A stretch of DNA of 64,000 bases from Diplonema japonicum (GCA_964019335.1 OZ025659.1:744001-808000), one strand, 5' to 3'; counted from the stretch's first letter, positions 35,601 through 46,487 are shown. Program-made: numbers and translations. Notes: generated by a model not told the origin, from the letters alone.

Positions 35601-37522
35601 TGCACACATGCCTACTGTTGCTGAAGAACAGATATGGCACTCTTAAAGCAGCTTGGAAAGAAACAAACGCTAGTATCTCAGTCACGAAGCTGCTGCAAGG
35701 CATGCATAAAGACAAGGGGCTCGAACCAGCCCTGGAATGCATCGTGGGTGAAGGCAGTGCAGCTGAGCTGTTCGCAATTCTGCGTGAGGTCGATCAGAAG
35801 CCGAGCAAGCCCAAAGCCGTTGAGAAGGTTGCAGGTAGCGAAGGTGACGAGGCTGTGCCACATATCAAAGAAACCATTCACGGCCTGGCGTACTCCGTGG
35901 AAGCAGATGAAATGTTCAAATTGGAAGGTGCTCTTGAAAAAGCAGAGAAAAAGATCATCAACACATCAGGGGCTATTATCGTGGGCAGCGAAGTGCAGCT
36001 GTTGAACAATAGTAGTATAGGCAGTGGTGAGGTCATCAAGTGCAACAGAGAGTACGTCACAGTCAGGTTCAGGTCGATGTTAATGAACGCAGAGAGGACG
36101 AAGCTCAGGATCGTGCGGAAAAGTGACAGAGTCAAGCTGCTGAATGAGCTTGCATTCATCGAGTACAACAGAAGTAGTTTGGGCATTAAGAAATCTAGTG
36201 GCTGCTTTGTTCTTGGATATGGCCGGAAAGCTACACCACTGATGTACGCGTGCCTGGCCCTTAGGAAACATGTTGTAGAATGGCTGCTGCTCAACGGGGC
36301 CGACCCGAATCTGGGGTGCACACCGAGTGATGGCATCTCGCCTAGATGTCTGTGTAGTACTAATCAGAAAGCAGCAGCTGCTGCAGTGGAGACTATCAAC
36401 CTTGATGCTAGAGAGATCCAGATCAAGGTGACCGATTCTAAAAAGCATGAAAGTGTTTTGAGCAGCGAAGTCCTTTCTCTGCAGCAGTTGTTGAAGGAGG
36501 CACACAACGACAAGAAGCCAAGCAGTACGATAACGGAGTTGGAGAAGAAACTACGGGACAAGGAAGAGGAGGAGAAGAAAGCGGAGGAAGCGACTAACGC
36601 TGTAGAGGAGAAGCACAAGGAGAAGCAAATGTTTGCAGAGCATACTAAGCAAGCTTCTTCTGCTTATATGAGGTTTGGGAAGATGCTGGCAGGTGACCAT
36701 AGCACTCACGGGACGGGGCCGCTCCTTAAGACGCGTTTGGAGGAAGGCACGATTAAACTTACGACACCGGCTTTCAAAGCACTATGCACAGCGCTGCAAA
36801 AGGGCGCGCTTACAGCATTGAATTTGGGTAATATATGTTTTACCACAGAAGAGGTGCACACACTCATGGAGAGCGTTCAAGAGAGCGCGCTGCGGGAGCT
36901 CAACTTGCGGTCGTGTGGACTGGAGGAGGAGTCGGCGTATGAAATAGCAAAGATGCTGATGAACAACAGCAACTTGCGGGGGCTGTACTTATGGAACAAC
37001 AATCTTAAGGGTGGGGGAACGGCCATTGTTGAGGCACTGGGCATACGGGGAACACTGCGGCATCTTGACCTGACACTGACAGGAATGACAAAGGAGGAGT
37101 GCAGGGAGGCAGCTGCCATTTGCGCAGACAGAGACGTGACTCTGTTTGTCGACAAGATCCCCATGACATCAAGACAACGAGTTAAAAAGGCATCATTCGA
37201 AGAAGTCATGGAAGCAATGGGAAGTAAAAAAGAAGCGTTGCAAACAGCTATAGATCAGAAAGCCAAGCAAGGGGAAAGTAACGGTGAAGAAAAGGCAGTT
37301 GACAGCGAGGAAAAAGAAAAGGAGCAAAAAAGCAAGGAAGATGCAAAAAAAGAAACAGCTGAAAAGGAAGAGCTGTCGAAAAGTACCAATCAACTAGCGC
37401 AAGAGAAAAAAGAGCGCGAAGAACAGGAAAAAGAAGAGAACGAGAAAAAAGCTCAAGAACAGGAGGAGAAAGAAAAGTACTTAGAAATGCAAAAGCAGAA
37501 GCAACGTGAAGAAGTGGTTTAG
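32699..37522 (+). CDS. Multidomain protein: ubiquitin-like + degenerate PPP phosphatase + ankyrin + RI-type LRR + coiled coil
   Basis: UBL segment (KVLWNGTELKDDENTLKEKGI); PPP remnants IVGDLKG, YLFNG, VVHSGLP, MIRSH, WSAPD; TPLMYAC..LLLNGADPN; LRELNLRSC and LRGLYLWNN. Confidence 0.7.
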   Translation: MSDSDSYSDNYSDDFDDTSSGTRSVTTSKARVTVLTVSGGHHFALRIDDKVRILRKCLEEKVGSLDGYKVLWNGTELKDDENTLKEKGIGDRSVLSLETINDTPPIIPGATSLLFVILGAVVMNQKKRNETPEGRKVTSFMQRLTARRKLEMLAFRKVVAWEMHMHRRTARVDVGERVLTSVGVSFKELQELFVQLGRGKCPSREMFTRLMHTATERIVRSFPSCVKVTIDEQRLVIVGDLKGDIEALERILSSTGKDNTVYLFNGSLTAANSLEVALRVLCLHLLAPNHVLITRSCADDHGADALRSAVHYGSDAVCDMIRCLRAFPLMYIVNSKAVVVHSGLPVEKINLYSNLEEHSNAVMQNEPRDMLVGSTVTEATQCGTCGDVYGARHTQSFLSDHNLSFMIRSHTVSTAEGYDLRHNQLVHSVWSAPDHVPGVGGSYLTVSPDLKVRQVLLTKGTPLSYRAMREHSLSIMSHATVGCRPVTLTALRSDWVAVLQQQVTRHIPWRLLWRDVIEGSTVGDFNVVAPSSYNCHLRMEATWVQDWGAEVHPLLSTLHTVEPSKENGLTVANDLIEAAPHLPTEAICYYTLYMKQRPNECDTASAVFVALWNLYRSNKLMWDTLEHLATPVVSCDEFVAFAVQHCKLRGRSMKKRQQVALWQKAVGSLVTTRGVEWYTVQSIVLEIDKVLTETPCKMAVLFGLVCRNAEALVANILLDATTNSTIRMAGFIKACMYVLGVEHHAGYLNLWHLMAADKDTIPAAALVRFFDVTPAVQTPSLVFRREWKILPLPTTLVAVGVSAVCLVAACSTTAFATELDKLAQKMKARSTSSAKSASDVLLIHGVHEWRPLTRKLSLGEYSFECKAGTCIAKRVNRITEFSSLKLVPVSQGCTIRVTCKATNKRELLSVPSHPTCVASVLRLWTFLDSNKIPHNIGLQFVTPLGAIASNSSACEPYNISLASMKKALHTCLLLLKNRYGTLKAAWKETNASISVTKLLQGMHKDKGLEPALECIVGEGSAAELFAILREVDQKPSKPKAVEKVAGSEGDEAVPHIKETIHGLAYSVEADEMFKLEGALEKAEKKIINTSGAIIVGSEVQLLNNSSIGSGEVIKCNREYVTVRFRSMLMNAERTKLRIVRKSDRVKLLNELAFIEYNRSSLGIKKSSGCFVLGYGRKATPLMYACLALRKHVVEWLLLNGADPNLGCTPSDGISPRCLCSTNQKAAAAAVETINLDAREIQIKVTDSKKHESVLSSEVLSLQQLLKEAHNDKKPSSTITELEKKLRDKEEEEKKAEEATNAVEEKHKEKQMFAEHTKQASSAYMRFGKMLAGDHSTHGTGPLLKTRLEEGTIKLTTPAFKALCTALQKGALTALNLGNICFTTEEVHTLMESVQESALRELNLRSCGLEEESAYEIAKMLMNNSNLRGLYLWNNNLKGGGTAIVEALGIRGTLRHLDLTLTGMTKEECREAAAICADRDVTLFVDKIPMTSRQRVKKASFEEVMEAMGSKKEALQTAIDQKAKQGESNGEEKAVDSEEKEKEQKSKEDAKKETAEKEELSKSTNQLAQEKKEREEQEKEENEKKAQEQEEKEKYLEMQKQKQREEVV

Positions 37523-37621
37523 ATTAGATTTTCTTATTTTCTTTAGTATTGAAACACTTCTCGAATACACATGCTTTGCTACCCTTCACTCAGGTGTTCT
37601 ACTTTCCGTTTAGTATCCGAC

Positions 37622-38087
37622 ATGGCTGACGAGGACATTGTTCAGGAGATTGAGGAGACTCCCGTCGAAGTGGAGGACGATGCTGAACCGGAAGATATGA
37701 ATGCTGCTCTCCAGCAAGTGCTCAAGCGTGCCCGCTTCCACAAGGGGCTTTGCCGTGGTCTTCACGAGACTGTGAAGGCTCTTGACAAGCGTGTTGCCCA
37801 TCTGTGTGTCCTTGCCGAGGACTGCAATGAGGGTGCGTACACCGCACTCATTGAGGCCCTCTGCACCGAGCACGGGATTGACCTTATCAAGGTATGTTAA
37901 CGAAAATCACCATCATTTTTTACAGGTTCCCGAGAAGAAGAAGCTTGGTGAGTGGGTTGGTCTTGCAAAGTACGACCAGGCGGCTAACATCAAGAAGGTC
38001 ATCGGTGCGTCGTGCGTTGCTGTCACTGACTACGGTGAGAAGTCCAAGGCCTTGGACATGATTTTGAGTCACTTCGGGCGAAACTAA
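37622..38087 (+). CDS. RPS12: 40S ribosomal protein S12 (eS12), copy 1; intron 37892-37925
   Basis: [27 protein letters not shown]...KLGEWVGL...[12 protein letters not shown]. Confidence 0.95.
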
Positions 38088-38191
38088 AGTACCTAAATAA
38101 ATGAGTTTTACCAGTGTCATCATTTATTTCCGCGCTAGTTTCGCACTTTCGCACCTCCTTACAGGTCTTATTTTCTGTTTTAGTATCCGAC

Positions 38192-38662
38192 ATGGCTGAC
38201 GAGGACATTGTTCAGGAGATTGAGGAGACTCCCGTCGAAGTGGAGGACGATGCTGAACCGGAAGATATGAATGCTGCTCTCCAGCAGGTGCTCAAGCGTG
38301 CCCGCTTCCACAAGGGGCTTTGCCGTGGTCTTCACGAGACTGTGAAGGCTCTTGACAAGCGTGTTGCCCATCTGTGTGTCCTTGCCGAGGACTGCAATGA
38401 GGGTGCGTACACCGCACTCATTGAGGCCCTCTGCACCGAGCACGGGATTGACCTTATCAAGGTATGAAAATAGAAAAGCCAACAACATCAAACACTTCAG
38501 GTTCCCGAGAAGAAGAAGCTCGGTGAGTGGGTTGGTCTTGCAAAGTACGACCAGGCGGCTAACATCAAGAAGGTCATCGGTGCGTCGTGCGTTGCTGTCA
38601 CTGACTACGGTGAGAAGTCCAAGGCCTTGGACATGATCTTGAGTCACTTCGGGCGCAGTTAG
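38192..38662 (+). CDS. RPS12: 40S ribosomal protein S12 (eS12), copy 2; intron 38462-38500
   Basis: Exons are nearly identical to copy 1. Confidence 0.95.
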
Positions 38663-38731
38663 ATTGTGTCAACGTTTTTAACACATACAGTACGACAAGT
38701 AACAATCATTAACAGGTTGGCTTCTGCAAAA

Positions 38732-39856
38732 ATGGAAAGAAATCTTGTACTAACAATGCTGGGGTGCAGTGTGGCTGTGGTACTTGTGATACTCGGTTTT
38801 GAACATCACTTGGGTACGGGCACTGGTGCGGGTGCTGGTGCTGAGGCTGGGGTTGCTGCTGGCGTGGTTAAGCTGCAAGCGAATCCTGCGACACGAGTAG
38901 TGCTCACATTACCCCAAACGCTCCTATCGGGGACAGTCATGCTCTTCGCGGCAGGCATCTCATGGGTAATGGGACTGGGGCTTACAAATATGCTGCTGGT
39001 GGCATACGCAAGGACTGCAGTGCAGCTTGCGCTACTGGGTCTTTTCCTGACGCCCATTCTGTTGTCAAACTCCCTCCTTGTTGTTCTTCTTGTTATGACT
39101 CTGATGGTTTTCATCGCCTCGATGGAAGTCAAGGCAAGGATGCTGTTTTCTTACGAAGGCCTCACTGGAGTGATTGCCATGGCTCTAGGTGTTGGTGTGG
39201 GTCTAAACATGATAATGTGTTTGTATTTCGTGCAGCCAGACCCGATATGGTCACCCATCTATTCCATCCCGATGTGGGGCATGACGTTGGGAAACGCGCT
39301 GTCAGCGGTGACCTTGGGAACGGGAAATGTACTGGAGGGCTTGGCTGGGGGTGAGCTCAAGAATGTGGAGACGATTCTGTGTCACGGTGGGACCAGGTGG
39401 GAGGCAATGCGCCCCCTTATTTCTGAAGCGCTCCGCAAGGGTCTCATTCCGTGCATAAACCAAATGAATGTGATAGGGCTTGTGTACCTTCCTGGGATGA
39501 TGACGGGTCAGCTGCTCGGAGGTTCCTCCGCAACGCAGGCGTGTTACTACCAGATGCTCATCATGTTCATGATTGCCAGCAGCACTGCATGCTCGCTGTT
39601 TCTCTCTCTTATGGGGTCCTGCTACATGTTATCAGACGACAAGCACCGCATCTTGTCTCATCTTCTCACACAGAAAGCGCAGGGAGGTGACCCGTTATCA
39701 AGGCTTTTCGAGACTGTGAAAAGCTGTTTCGTGTCGCTGGGTACCTTCCCATTCTTCCTCGTCCTTTCTCTTTCCGTAAGTGTGGTATGCAAACAAGACA
39801 TAAATTACTATAAAACAGGTTTCTTTGTTTTTTCAAATGTTGGGCATTTTCCCTGA
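38732..39856 (+). CDS. UPF0014 family permease (FetB/YbbM/STAR2-like); 3' end uncertain
   Basis: RTAVQLALLG, IPMWGMTLGNALSA, VIGLVYLPGMMTGQLLGG and YQMLIMFMI motifs. Confidence 0.85.
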   Translation: MERNLVLTMLGCSVAVVLVILGFEHHLGTGTGAGAGAEAGVAAGVVKLQANPATRVVLTLPQTLLSGTVMLFAAGISWVMGLGLTNMLLVAYARTAVQLALLGLFLTPILLSNSLLVVLLVMTLMVFIASMEVKARMLFSYEGLTGVIAMALGVGVGLNMIMCLYFVQPDPIWSPIYSIPMWGMTLGNALSAVTLGTGNVLEGLAGGELKNVETILCHGGTRWEAMRPLISEALRKGLIPCINQMNVIGLVYLPGMMTGQLLGGSSATQACYYQMLIMFMIASSTACSLFLSLMGSCYMLSDDKHRILSHLLTQKAQGGDPLSRLFETVKSCFVSLGTFPFFLVLSLSVSVVCKQDINYYKTGFFVFSNVGHFP

Positions 39857-40110
39857 GCTGCCTCTAACACACATAATCACTTTTTCATTAGTATGCTCAA
39901 CATCATTGTCTTGCTACAAACACCACAGCTCGCTGCCGTTGTCATTGCCCCTCTCATGCTCGTATTCGCTTTACGCAAGAGAGGAAGAGAGAGCGCGGAA
40001 GAGGATCCTTTGTTGGGGTGACCTACCTGCAAGATACCTAAACGTTCGGCTCTTTTTACTGTAGTTTATTTTCTATTTTCTGTGTTATTAGTCAAACAGA
40101 TTAACGAAAC

Positions 40111-41970
40111 ATGGCACGAAAGCTTCTCTTAAGCGGCATTGGGTGCGGGCTAGTTACCGCAGGTCTAACGCGTCGGGAGCCACTACACGTGTACTATAAG
40201 GGAGAGGCATACGATGTGTCTGGGTTCGTTGACATGCACCCAGGGGGGAAGGACCTGCTGCTCGGAGCAGTCGGGAAGGACCTGGAAACCTTTTTCAGGT
40301 ACTACACCATCCACAACAACAACCCAAGGGTTGATGCATACTTGGAAGGCCTGAAGGACGATCGGGTGAGCGGCAGACAGGTCACTCAGCGCGACGACGT
40401 GGTGTGCAGCAACCAGAACTGGTTCAAAAGGTACATCAATGTTCTCTGCGTTGTGTTGACGCTGCCGTTGTGGCTGCTGCTGCGGACTGTATTCAGATCG
40501 TCTAGCGCCCTTTGCAGCTTGCCTGTGGCTGTGGGGCACACTGAGGATGAGGGTGCCAAACAAATTGCCATTATCGGAGGTGGTATTGCTGGCTGTGGTG
40601 CTGCGTACGCTTTGAAGAAAGCAGGACATGAGGTGACGATCTACGAGTCCAGGGAAAAGCTAGGGGGCAACGCCACTACCTTCACATGGTCGCTAGGCAA
40701 CAATAAGTACGTCAACACAGGGCTTGCGGTCCTTGCGTGGCCCGTTAAGTACTTCAAAAACTACACGACCCTACTGGGGGAGCTGTCAATCGACACGGTT
40801 GACGTTGAACTCCCCTTTTTCATCCGCAGCAGAGTGCCAGGATGTGAGGGTGACTTCGCACAGGCGGACACTGTCCCTGCTTCCGAGTCGTTGCACATTA
40901 GATTCGAGGACGATTTCAAGAAGTGGGATAAAGCGGTGGAATTTGTGAGGAGCATGAACCAGTTCTTTTGCAGAAGCGAGGAGCCTTCCCTCTACCACTC
41001 GTCGTACTTCAACCCCCTCAACCTGGTCTCGCTGAAGAGGCTGCTTGCCTGCTACGGATGCAGCCAGGAATTCTGGGACGTGATTGTCGTGTCGCAGTAC
41101 GGCAGCAGCTTTCTAACGAATAAGATTGAAGGTGTGTTATGCCCGGTGTTGCCAATCTTGGATGACATGATACCTTTGAACAGGGTACCCGGCCACGAGG
41201 GCGCTGTCATGCAGTCTTGGAAGCACACTTCCGAAGCTGTGTTTGATAAGATGACACATGGCTGTAAGGTGCACTGCTCGTCCAGGGTGCTCTCAGTGAC
41301 GCCTTACGATGAGAACAGTGCACACAAACAAGAAGTAGTGACCCAAGAAGGCAAGGTCAGCTCATATGACAATGTTGTGTTTGCCTGCAACGCCAGTGCT
41401 GTGGCGAACATACTAAAGGGCAGCAGCTGGGTTGAGAACGCACTGTTGAGGGGCGTGTCTTACACGGACGACAGCGACGTGGCGTGGATGACCGGCCACA
41501 TGCACCAGGATACTTCCCTGCTGCCTGAGAGATACGCAACGAGGCTTGCTAATAATTATGCGAATTACATTCATGTGACAGGCGAACACGAGAAGTCTTA
41601 CGAGCAACATTTTATTATCGGATCGTGGTACGCCACAAACCAGGTGTATGGTGATGAAAAGCAGCCTCTGTTTGTGTCACACGGGATAAGTGCTGACAGG
41701 ATGCCACAGGCAGACAAGCTGCAAGGTTCAATCACACATGCACGTGCACACCCCGACCTTAACCTCCCCAACCTTGTCATAAGCCAGCTGCTCCACTTGG
41801 TCCAAGGCAGGCGGGGTGTATATTACTGTAGCAGTTATACAACACCCGGCAACGGTCACGATTTGTCCCTTCTGTCGGGATTCATCGCTGCCAGCAGGTT
41901 GGGAGCACCCTACCCGTTCGGCGATGGTCCTGCATGCGAGGACTTCAAACGTCTTCGGAGATTAATGTGA
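40111..41970 (+). CDS. Cytochrome b5 domain + TM helix + FAD-dependent amine-oxidase-fold oxidoreductase
   Basis: YDVSGFVDMHPGG; IAIIGGGIAG..E..KLGGNA; C-terminal QGRRGVYYC..GNGHD. Confidence 0.8.
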   Translation: MARKLLLSGIGCGLVTAGLTRREPLHVYYKGEAYDVSGFVDMHPGGKDLLLGAVGKDLETFFRYYTIHNNNPRVDAYLEGLKDDRVSGRQVTQRDDVVCSNQNWFKRYINVLCVVLTLPLWLLLRTVFRSSSALCSLPVAVGHTEDEGAKQIAIIGGGIAGCGAAYALKKAGHEVTIYESREKLGGNATTFTWSLGNNKYVNTGLAVLAWPVKYFKNYTTLLGELSIDTVDVELPFFIRSRVPGCEGDFAQADTVPASESLHIRFEDDFKKWDKAVEFVRSMNQFFCRSEEPSLYHSSYFNPLNLVSLKRLLACYGCSQEFWDVIVVSQYGSSFLTNKIEGVLCPVLPILDDMIPLNRVPGHEGAVMQSWKHTSEAVFDKMTHGCKVHCSSRVLSVTPYDENSAHKQEVVTQEGKVSSYDNVVFACNASAVANILKGSSWVENALLRGVSYTDDSDVAWMTGHMHQDTSLLPERYATRLANNYANYIHVTGEHEKSYEQHFIIGSWYATNQVYGDEKQPLFVSHGISADRMPQADKLQGSITHARAHPDLNLPNLVISQLLHLVQGRRGVYYCSSYTTPGNGHDLSLLSGFIAASRLGAPYPFGDGPACEDFKRLRRLM

Positions 41971-42108
41971 TCTCCGATTATCTATCTCATTGGTTTCAAC
42001 CAGTAATCAATAGGTGCACACGCATATTCTTTCCGGTTGTTCCGGTCATAAGTCCGTGTAACTAAGATCATTGATCACAGTATCACTTTAACATTTTCCA
42101 CAGGTAAC

Positions 42109-42985
42109 ATGAAGAGTGTGAACGTGCTACTAAGGCAGAAGAGGTGGTACAATAGCTATGACATGCCCGCGTCGGGTGGCTACTATGGCAAGGGGAGCGC
42201 ACCACCGGGGTGGGACACCAGCAAAGCAGCACAATACGATGATAACGTGAGGGAGATGAAGGAGAACCAGCGCTTGAAAGTCACAAAGGGCTACGACATG
42301 AGCCCTAGGGGTTCTGACAAGGAGCACCTGGCAGGGACACCTGTCTTCAAAATGAAAATATCAAGAAAGACTCAGGAAGAGATCGACAGGGAGAACGAAG
42401 GTTCACAAGGGGTCGTCGCAGACCTGACCGATAAGCAGCGTGAGAACATGAGGAAAAGACGTAACCGGAAGGCCTTCTGGGCAGATCTGATGCAGAGTAT
42501 AAAATTAAACTCGAAGTACGTGAACAAAGGGAGGTCGAACATAGGGTTCCTCAACTTCGGAGATAACAATATCGGTGTTTTGAACTTCGGCGATGGCAGC
42601 AAAGGCTTCATGACGAAGGGCGACTACAACAACGGGGCCTTCCTTAATGGGGCAGACAATATTGGGGTCTGTATTTGGGGAAATGGCAACATCGGTGCGT
42701 TTATTTACGGCAATCAGAACAGAGGTTTGGATATTTGGGGAGACAAGGAGCGAGGTTGGTTGAAAACATCCCAGCACCTGATGAAGATACGGTATGTACA
42801 TATGCCAATTATGACTCTCGCACAGGATGCGTGTCATCTACGCTGTGTTCTTACTGATAGTGCTGTACGTTCCCATCGCTTACAACAACATGAAGCGCCG
42901 TGAGAGAACGCGTTGGTTGAAGGCAATGGATATAGAGGTGAATGAAGAGAATATCGACAAGATGATGACAAAGAAGAGTTGGTAG
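42109..42985 (+). CDS. NxGxxNxG pentapeptide-repeat protein with a C-terminal TM helix; intron 42792-42825
   Basis: NIGFLNFGDNNIGVLNFG... repeats. The spliced end reads RVIYAVFLLIVLYVPIAY...SW*. Confidence 0.7.
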
Positions 42986-43041
42986 TCGCTTCCCGTCTTG
43001 CTTGATGCTGGTTTGTATGTCAGTTATCACAGGTGGTTAAA

Positions 43042-44645
43042 ATGTGCGATTTGGACCACACTTATGACAGATTCTACGACACGATCTCGACAGTAGAAGG
43101 CCATAAGTACAAAGGGCAGCTCATCGATGCTGTGGGTAAGACATGGGTGATGGACGGGAAGGGTACCATGAGTTACACCAACAGTGACTTGTACGAAGGT
43201 GAATGGAAGAATGGCATAAAGGAAGGGACAGGTGTCATGCACTACACAGACGGTAGTATCTATGAAGGGGAATGGTGCGGCAACGAGCCCAATGGCTGCG
43301 GTACGTTGACTTTGGAGAACAATGACATCTACGAAGGTGCATTCGTGAGCGGGAAGAGACACGGCATGGGAACAGAGGTGATCAAGTCGACAGGTGAGAG
43401 GTATGTGGGCTCGTTCCGCAACAATAAACGTGAGGGACGAGGCATCTTAGAGATGAACAACGGTGTGAAGTACGAAGGCACTTTCCACAACAGTGTCATA
43501 CAAGGCACAGGAACCATGACTTTCCCAAACAAGGACAGCTACACAGGATCCTTCGAGAACGGCACTATGCACGGCAATGGTATCTATGCCTTTGCGAACG
43601 GCGACCAATATGAAGGGGTTTACAAGCATGGCAAGCGTGTGGGCGGCACTCTCGTACAAAATGACGGTAAGACTTTCGACGCCGAGTTCGGCCCTTCTGG
43701 CGAGTTGTCGAAGCTCCGTTCGCATGGTGAAGATTGCATCGAAGTAGAGCACAGCAGCATTGTTTCGCCTTCTAAGAACGCCAGTTCATGGAAGGAAGGC
43801 AGGGGGTCCATCGTATATAGCAACAGTGACAAGTACACAGGTGAGTTTGTACAAAACAAACGCAGTGGCATTGGTGTAATGCAGTACAAGAATGGTGACC
43901 AATATGAAGGCGGGTGGTTGGAAGACCAGCAGCACGGCAGGGGGAGGATGACATGGCATGAGATGGGCCCTCCAAACATAGGAGGCTGGCGGTACGATGG
44001 CGAGTGGTGCCACGGGGAGCCCAATGGGCACGGAACGCTTATTATGGACTTAGAGGGCAGCAAGTATGAGGGCTGCTGGGTTGCAGGGGTGCGAAGTGGA
44101 TTGGGCATTGAAGTGAAGCCGGACTACACTTATGAAGGGGAATTCATCGGGAATAACATGAACGGGAAAGGAAAGCTGACAACGGCTGATGGCGACATCT
44201 ACATCGGCACTTTCAAGGAGGGGAAGCTGACGGACCCTAGTGCTAAGATCATCTGTAGCAACGGCGACGTGTACGTTGGCAGTGTGGTTGAGAACGTGAT
44301 CGAGGGTGAGGGGGTCCTGAACTATATTAACAATGACAAATACGAAGGCGAGTTTAAGAAAGGCGTAAAGTGGGGGAGTGGCATGATGACCTACAGTAAT
44401 GGTGACAGCTACGAGGGCCTGTGGGTTGAGGACAGCATGCATGGGCACGGTCTCTTCTGCTACAAGGACAATGGCATCTACGAGGGCAGCTTTAGGGAGA
44501 ATTCCAAACACGGAAGAGGTATATCTACACTCACTAGTACCTTGCCACAGGCACTTGGAGGGACGAGACAGGATGCAAGTACGCTGTCACCTTTAAGGAC
44601 AACGAGTTAGTATGTAGGGAAAAGGTCGCAACACCGAGCCACTAG
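43042..44645 (+). CDS. MORN-repeat protein; intron 44519-44550
   Basis: Many YxGx(W/F)xxxxxxGxG repeats in two blocks. Confidence 0.9.
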
Positions 44646-44755
44646 TGGCATCGCTTTAAACTTAAGTTATGATTAACATCTAACATAATATCACCATTCT
44701 TTTTTTTCTTCCACTTTCACCTGTTTAGTTGCACGCATTTCTAGTAATCAATAAA

Positions 44756-46487
44756 ATGGCGTTCGCACTGCCTGTTATGAGCGAGAACCCCGGATGGGGT
44801 CCACCGAAGACGGATGACGGTCTCAGCTTTGACATCCCTTACCAGCACTTCTTCAAGGGAGACAGGATCTCCAAGATCGCCGACTGGATCAGTGACAACA
44901 GGGGTAGGGGCAGGGGTGGCCGTTCCAGGTACTGGAATGGCGAGGGTGTCGATGAAGAGGAGAAGAACTGGACTACGGCTGACTACACGAAGAACACAAG
45001 GAACATGAGGCCGTGGTACCGTGGAGGAAAGGGCCGTGGTAGGGGCAACAACATGCAGAACAGGGGTGGCCCCAGGAGGACTGGTGGCAGAGGTCAGGGT
45101 GCTGTTGGCAAGCCTAAGAAGAAGGAGCTCAGGGACATGGGTTTCAACAGGGCCAGGAGGGACCTGAACCTCAAGGCTTCTACTGAGGTGAAGCAATCCT
45201 GGGTGATGAAGACCGCCATTAACATTTCTGACCTCAGCAAGTGCTTGACAATCCCCGACCACCCCACTCCCCTGCCTACTGACCTTGCGGTATGCTTATA
45301 AGAATGAATGTAACACTACTATACAGTGCCAAGGCGAAGCGCTCTTCTATAATGATAAGTTGGAGAAAATGGCGGCAGCCAAGTCCCCTCTCCCTATTGT
45401 TGAGCAGAACAGGGCCATGGAGGAGGGCCCTTTGATCAACGCCGAGGCAACCAGGACCTTCCTTAGGGACAAGCAGAAGATGGATGGTAAGATCAAGGTG
45501 GTTGCTTCCGATAAGGCGCTCGCCACGCTAATGGCCGCACCGAAGGCCACGATCGCCTGGGACATACGCATCGAGCGTGTTGGCGATATCTACTTCATTG
45601 ACTGGGATCCTGAGTCCGACGGCAAGAAGTGGACTGTCAACGAGACCTCAACGGAACCGCCTCCTCTTGAAGCCACAGATGAGAACAAGCTCAACTCGCA
45701 GCCGCACCTTATGAACGAGCTCAGCAAGATGAGCATGAACTTCTCCCAGCAGGTTCTTGACAGAAAGAAGGGTACCGTAAAGGGTAAGAACTATGTTCAG
45801 GCACCTGTGCCGGAGCACCTTGAAGGGAAGGACCAGCCTGCCAGTTTGGTGTACAAGTGGAGAACGTGGAAGATCAAGACCGCCTTCCCCAAGGACCCGG
45901 ACACGCACATCTCGTTGATTTCCAGGACGCACGTCGACGGGTTCGTCACCAACGCAAAGTCGTTCCGTGCCTTTACCACTCTCGACCCCACTGGCAACAC
46001 CTACAAGACCCTCCCCAACCAAGAGGGTGCTATTACCGCCGCTGAGATCAAGAACAACTGCTGCAGGCTGGTGAAGCAGGTCGCCGTGTCTATGCTCGCA
46101 GGTGCCGACCACATGAAGCTCGGTTTCTGTACCAGGAAGAAGGCCTCCGACAACACCTCCCATCAGATCGTGCACATCGCCTCGCACGAACCCAAGGTGT
46201 TCGCGAAGTCCATCAACTTGACCCAGAGGGGCTTCTGGAACGTCCTCATCAAGATCTTGCAAGAGCTTTTTACCTGCAAGAGCACTGAAACAAAGCAGAG
46301 GTTCGTTCTCATGAAAGACCCTACCAAGCCCCAGCTCAAGGTATGTTGGTAATCATATTTTCATGTCACGCAGATTTATGACACCACTGGCGATGTTAGC
46401 GACGATGAGTCCAGCGAGGATGACGAGGATGAGGAATCGGAGAGTGACTCGGACTCGGACTCCGACTCTTCCTCTTCGTCGGACTAG
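44756..46487 (+). CDS. EIF3D: Translation initiation factor eIF3 subunit d; introns 45290-45326 and 46341-46373
   Basis: NPGWGP, PYQHFFKGDRISKIADW, TVNETS, EIKNN, LAGADHMKLGF and LMKDPTKP motifs; acidic tail. Confidence 0.92.
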
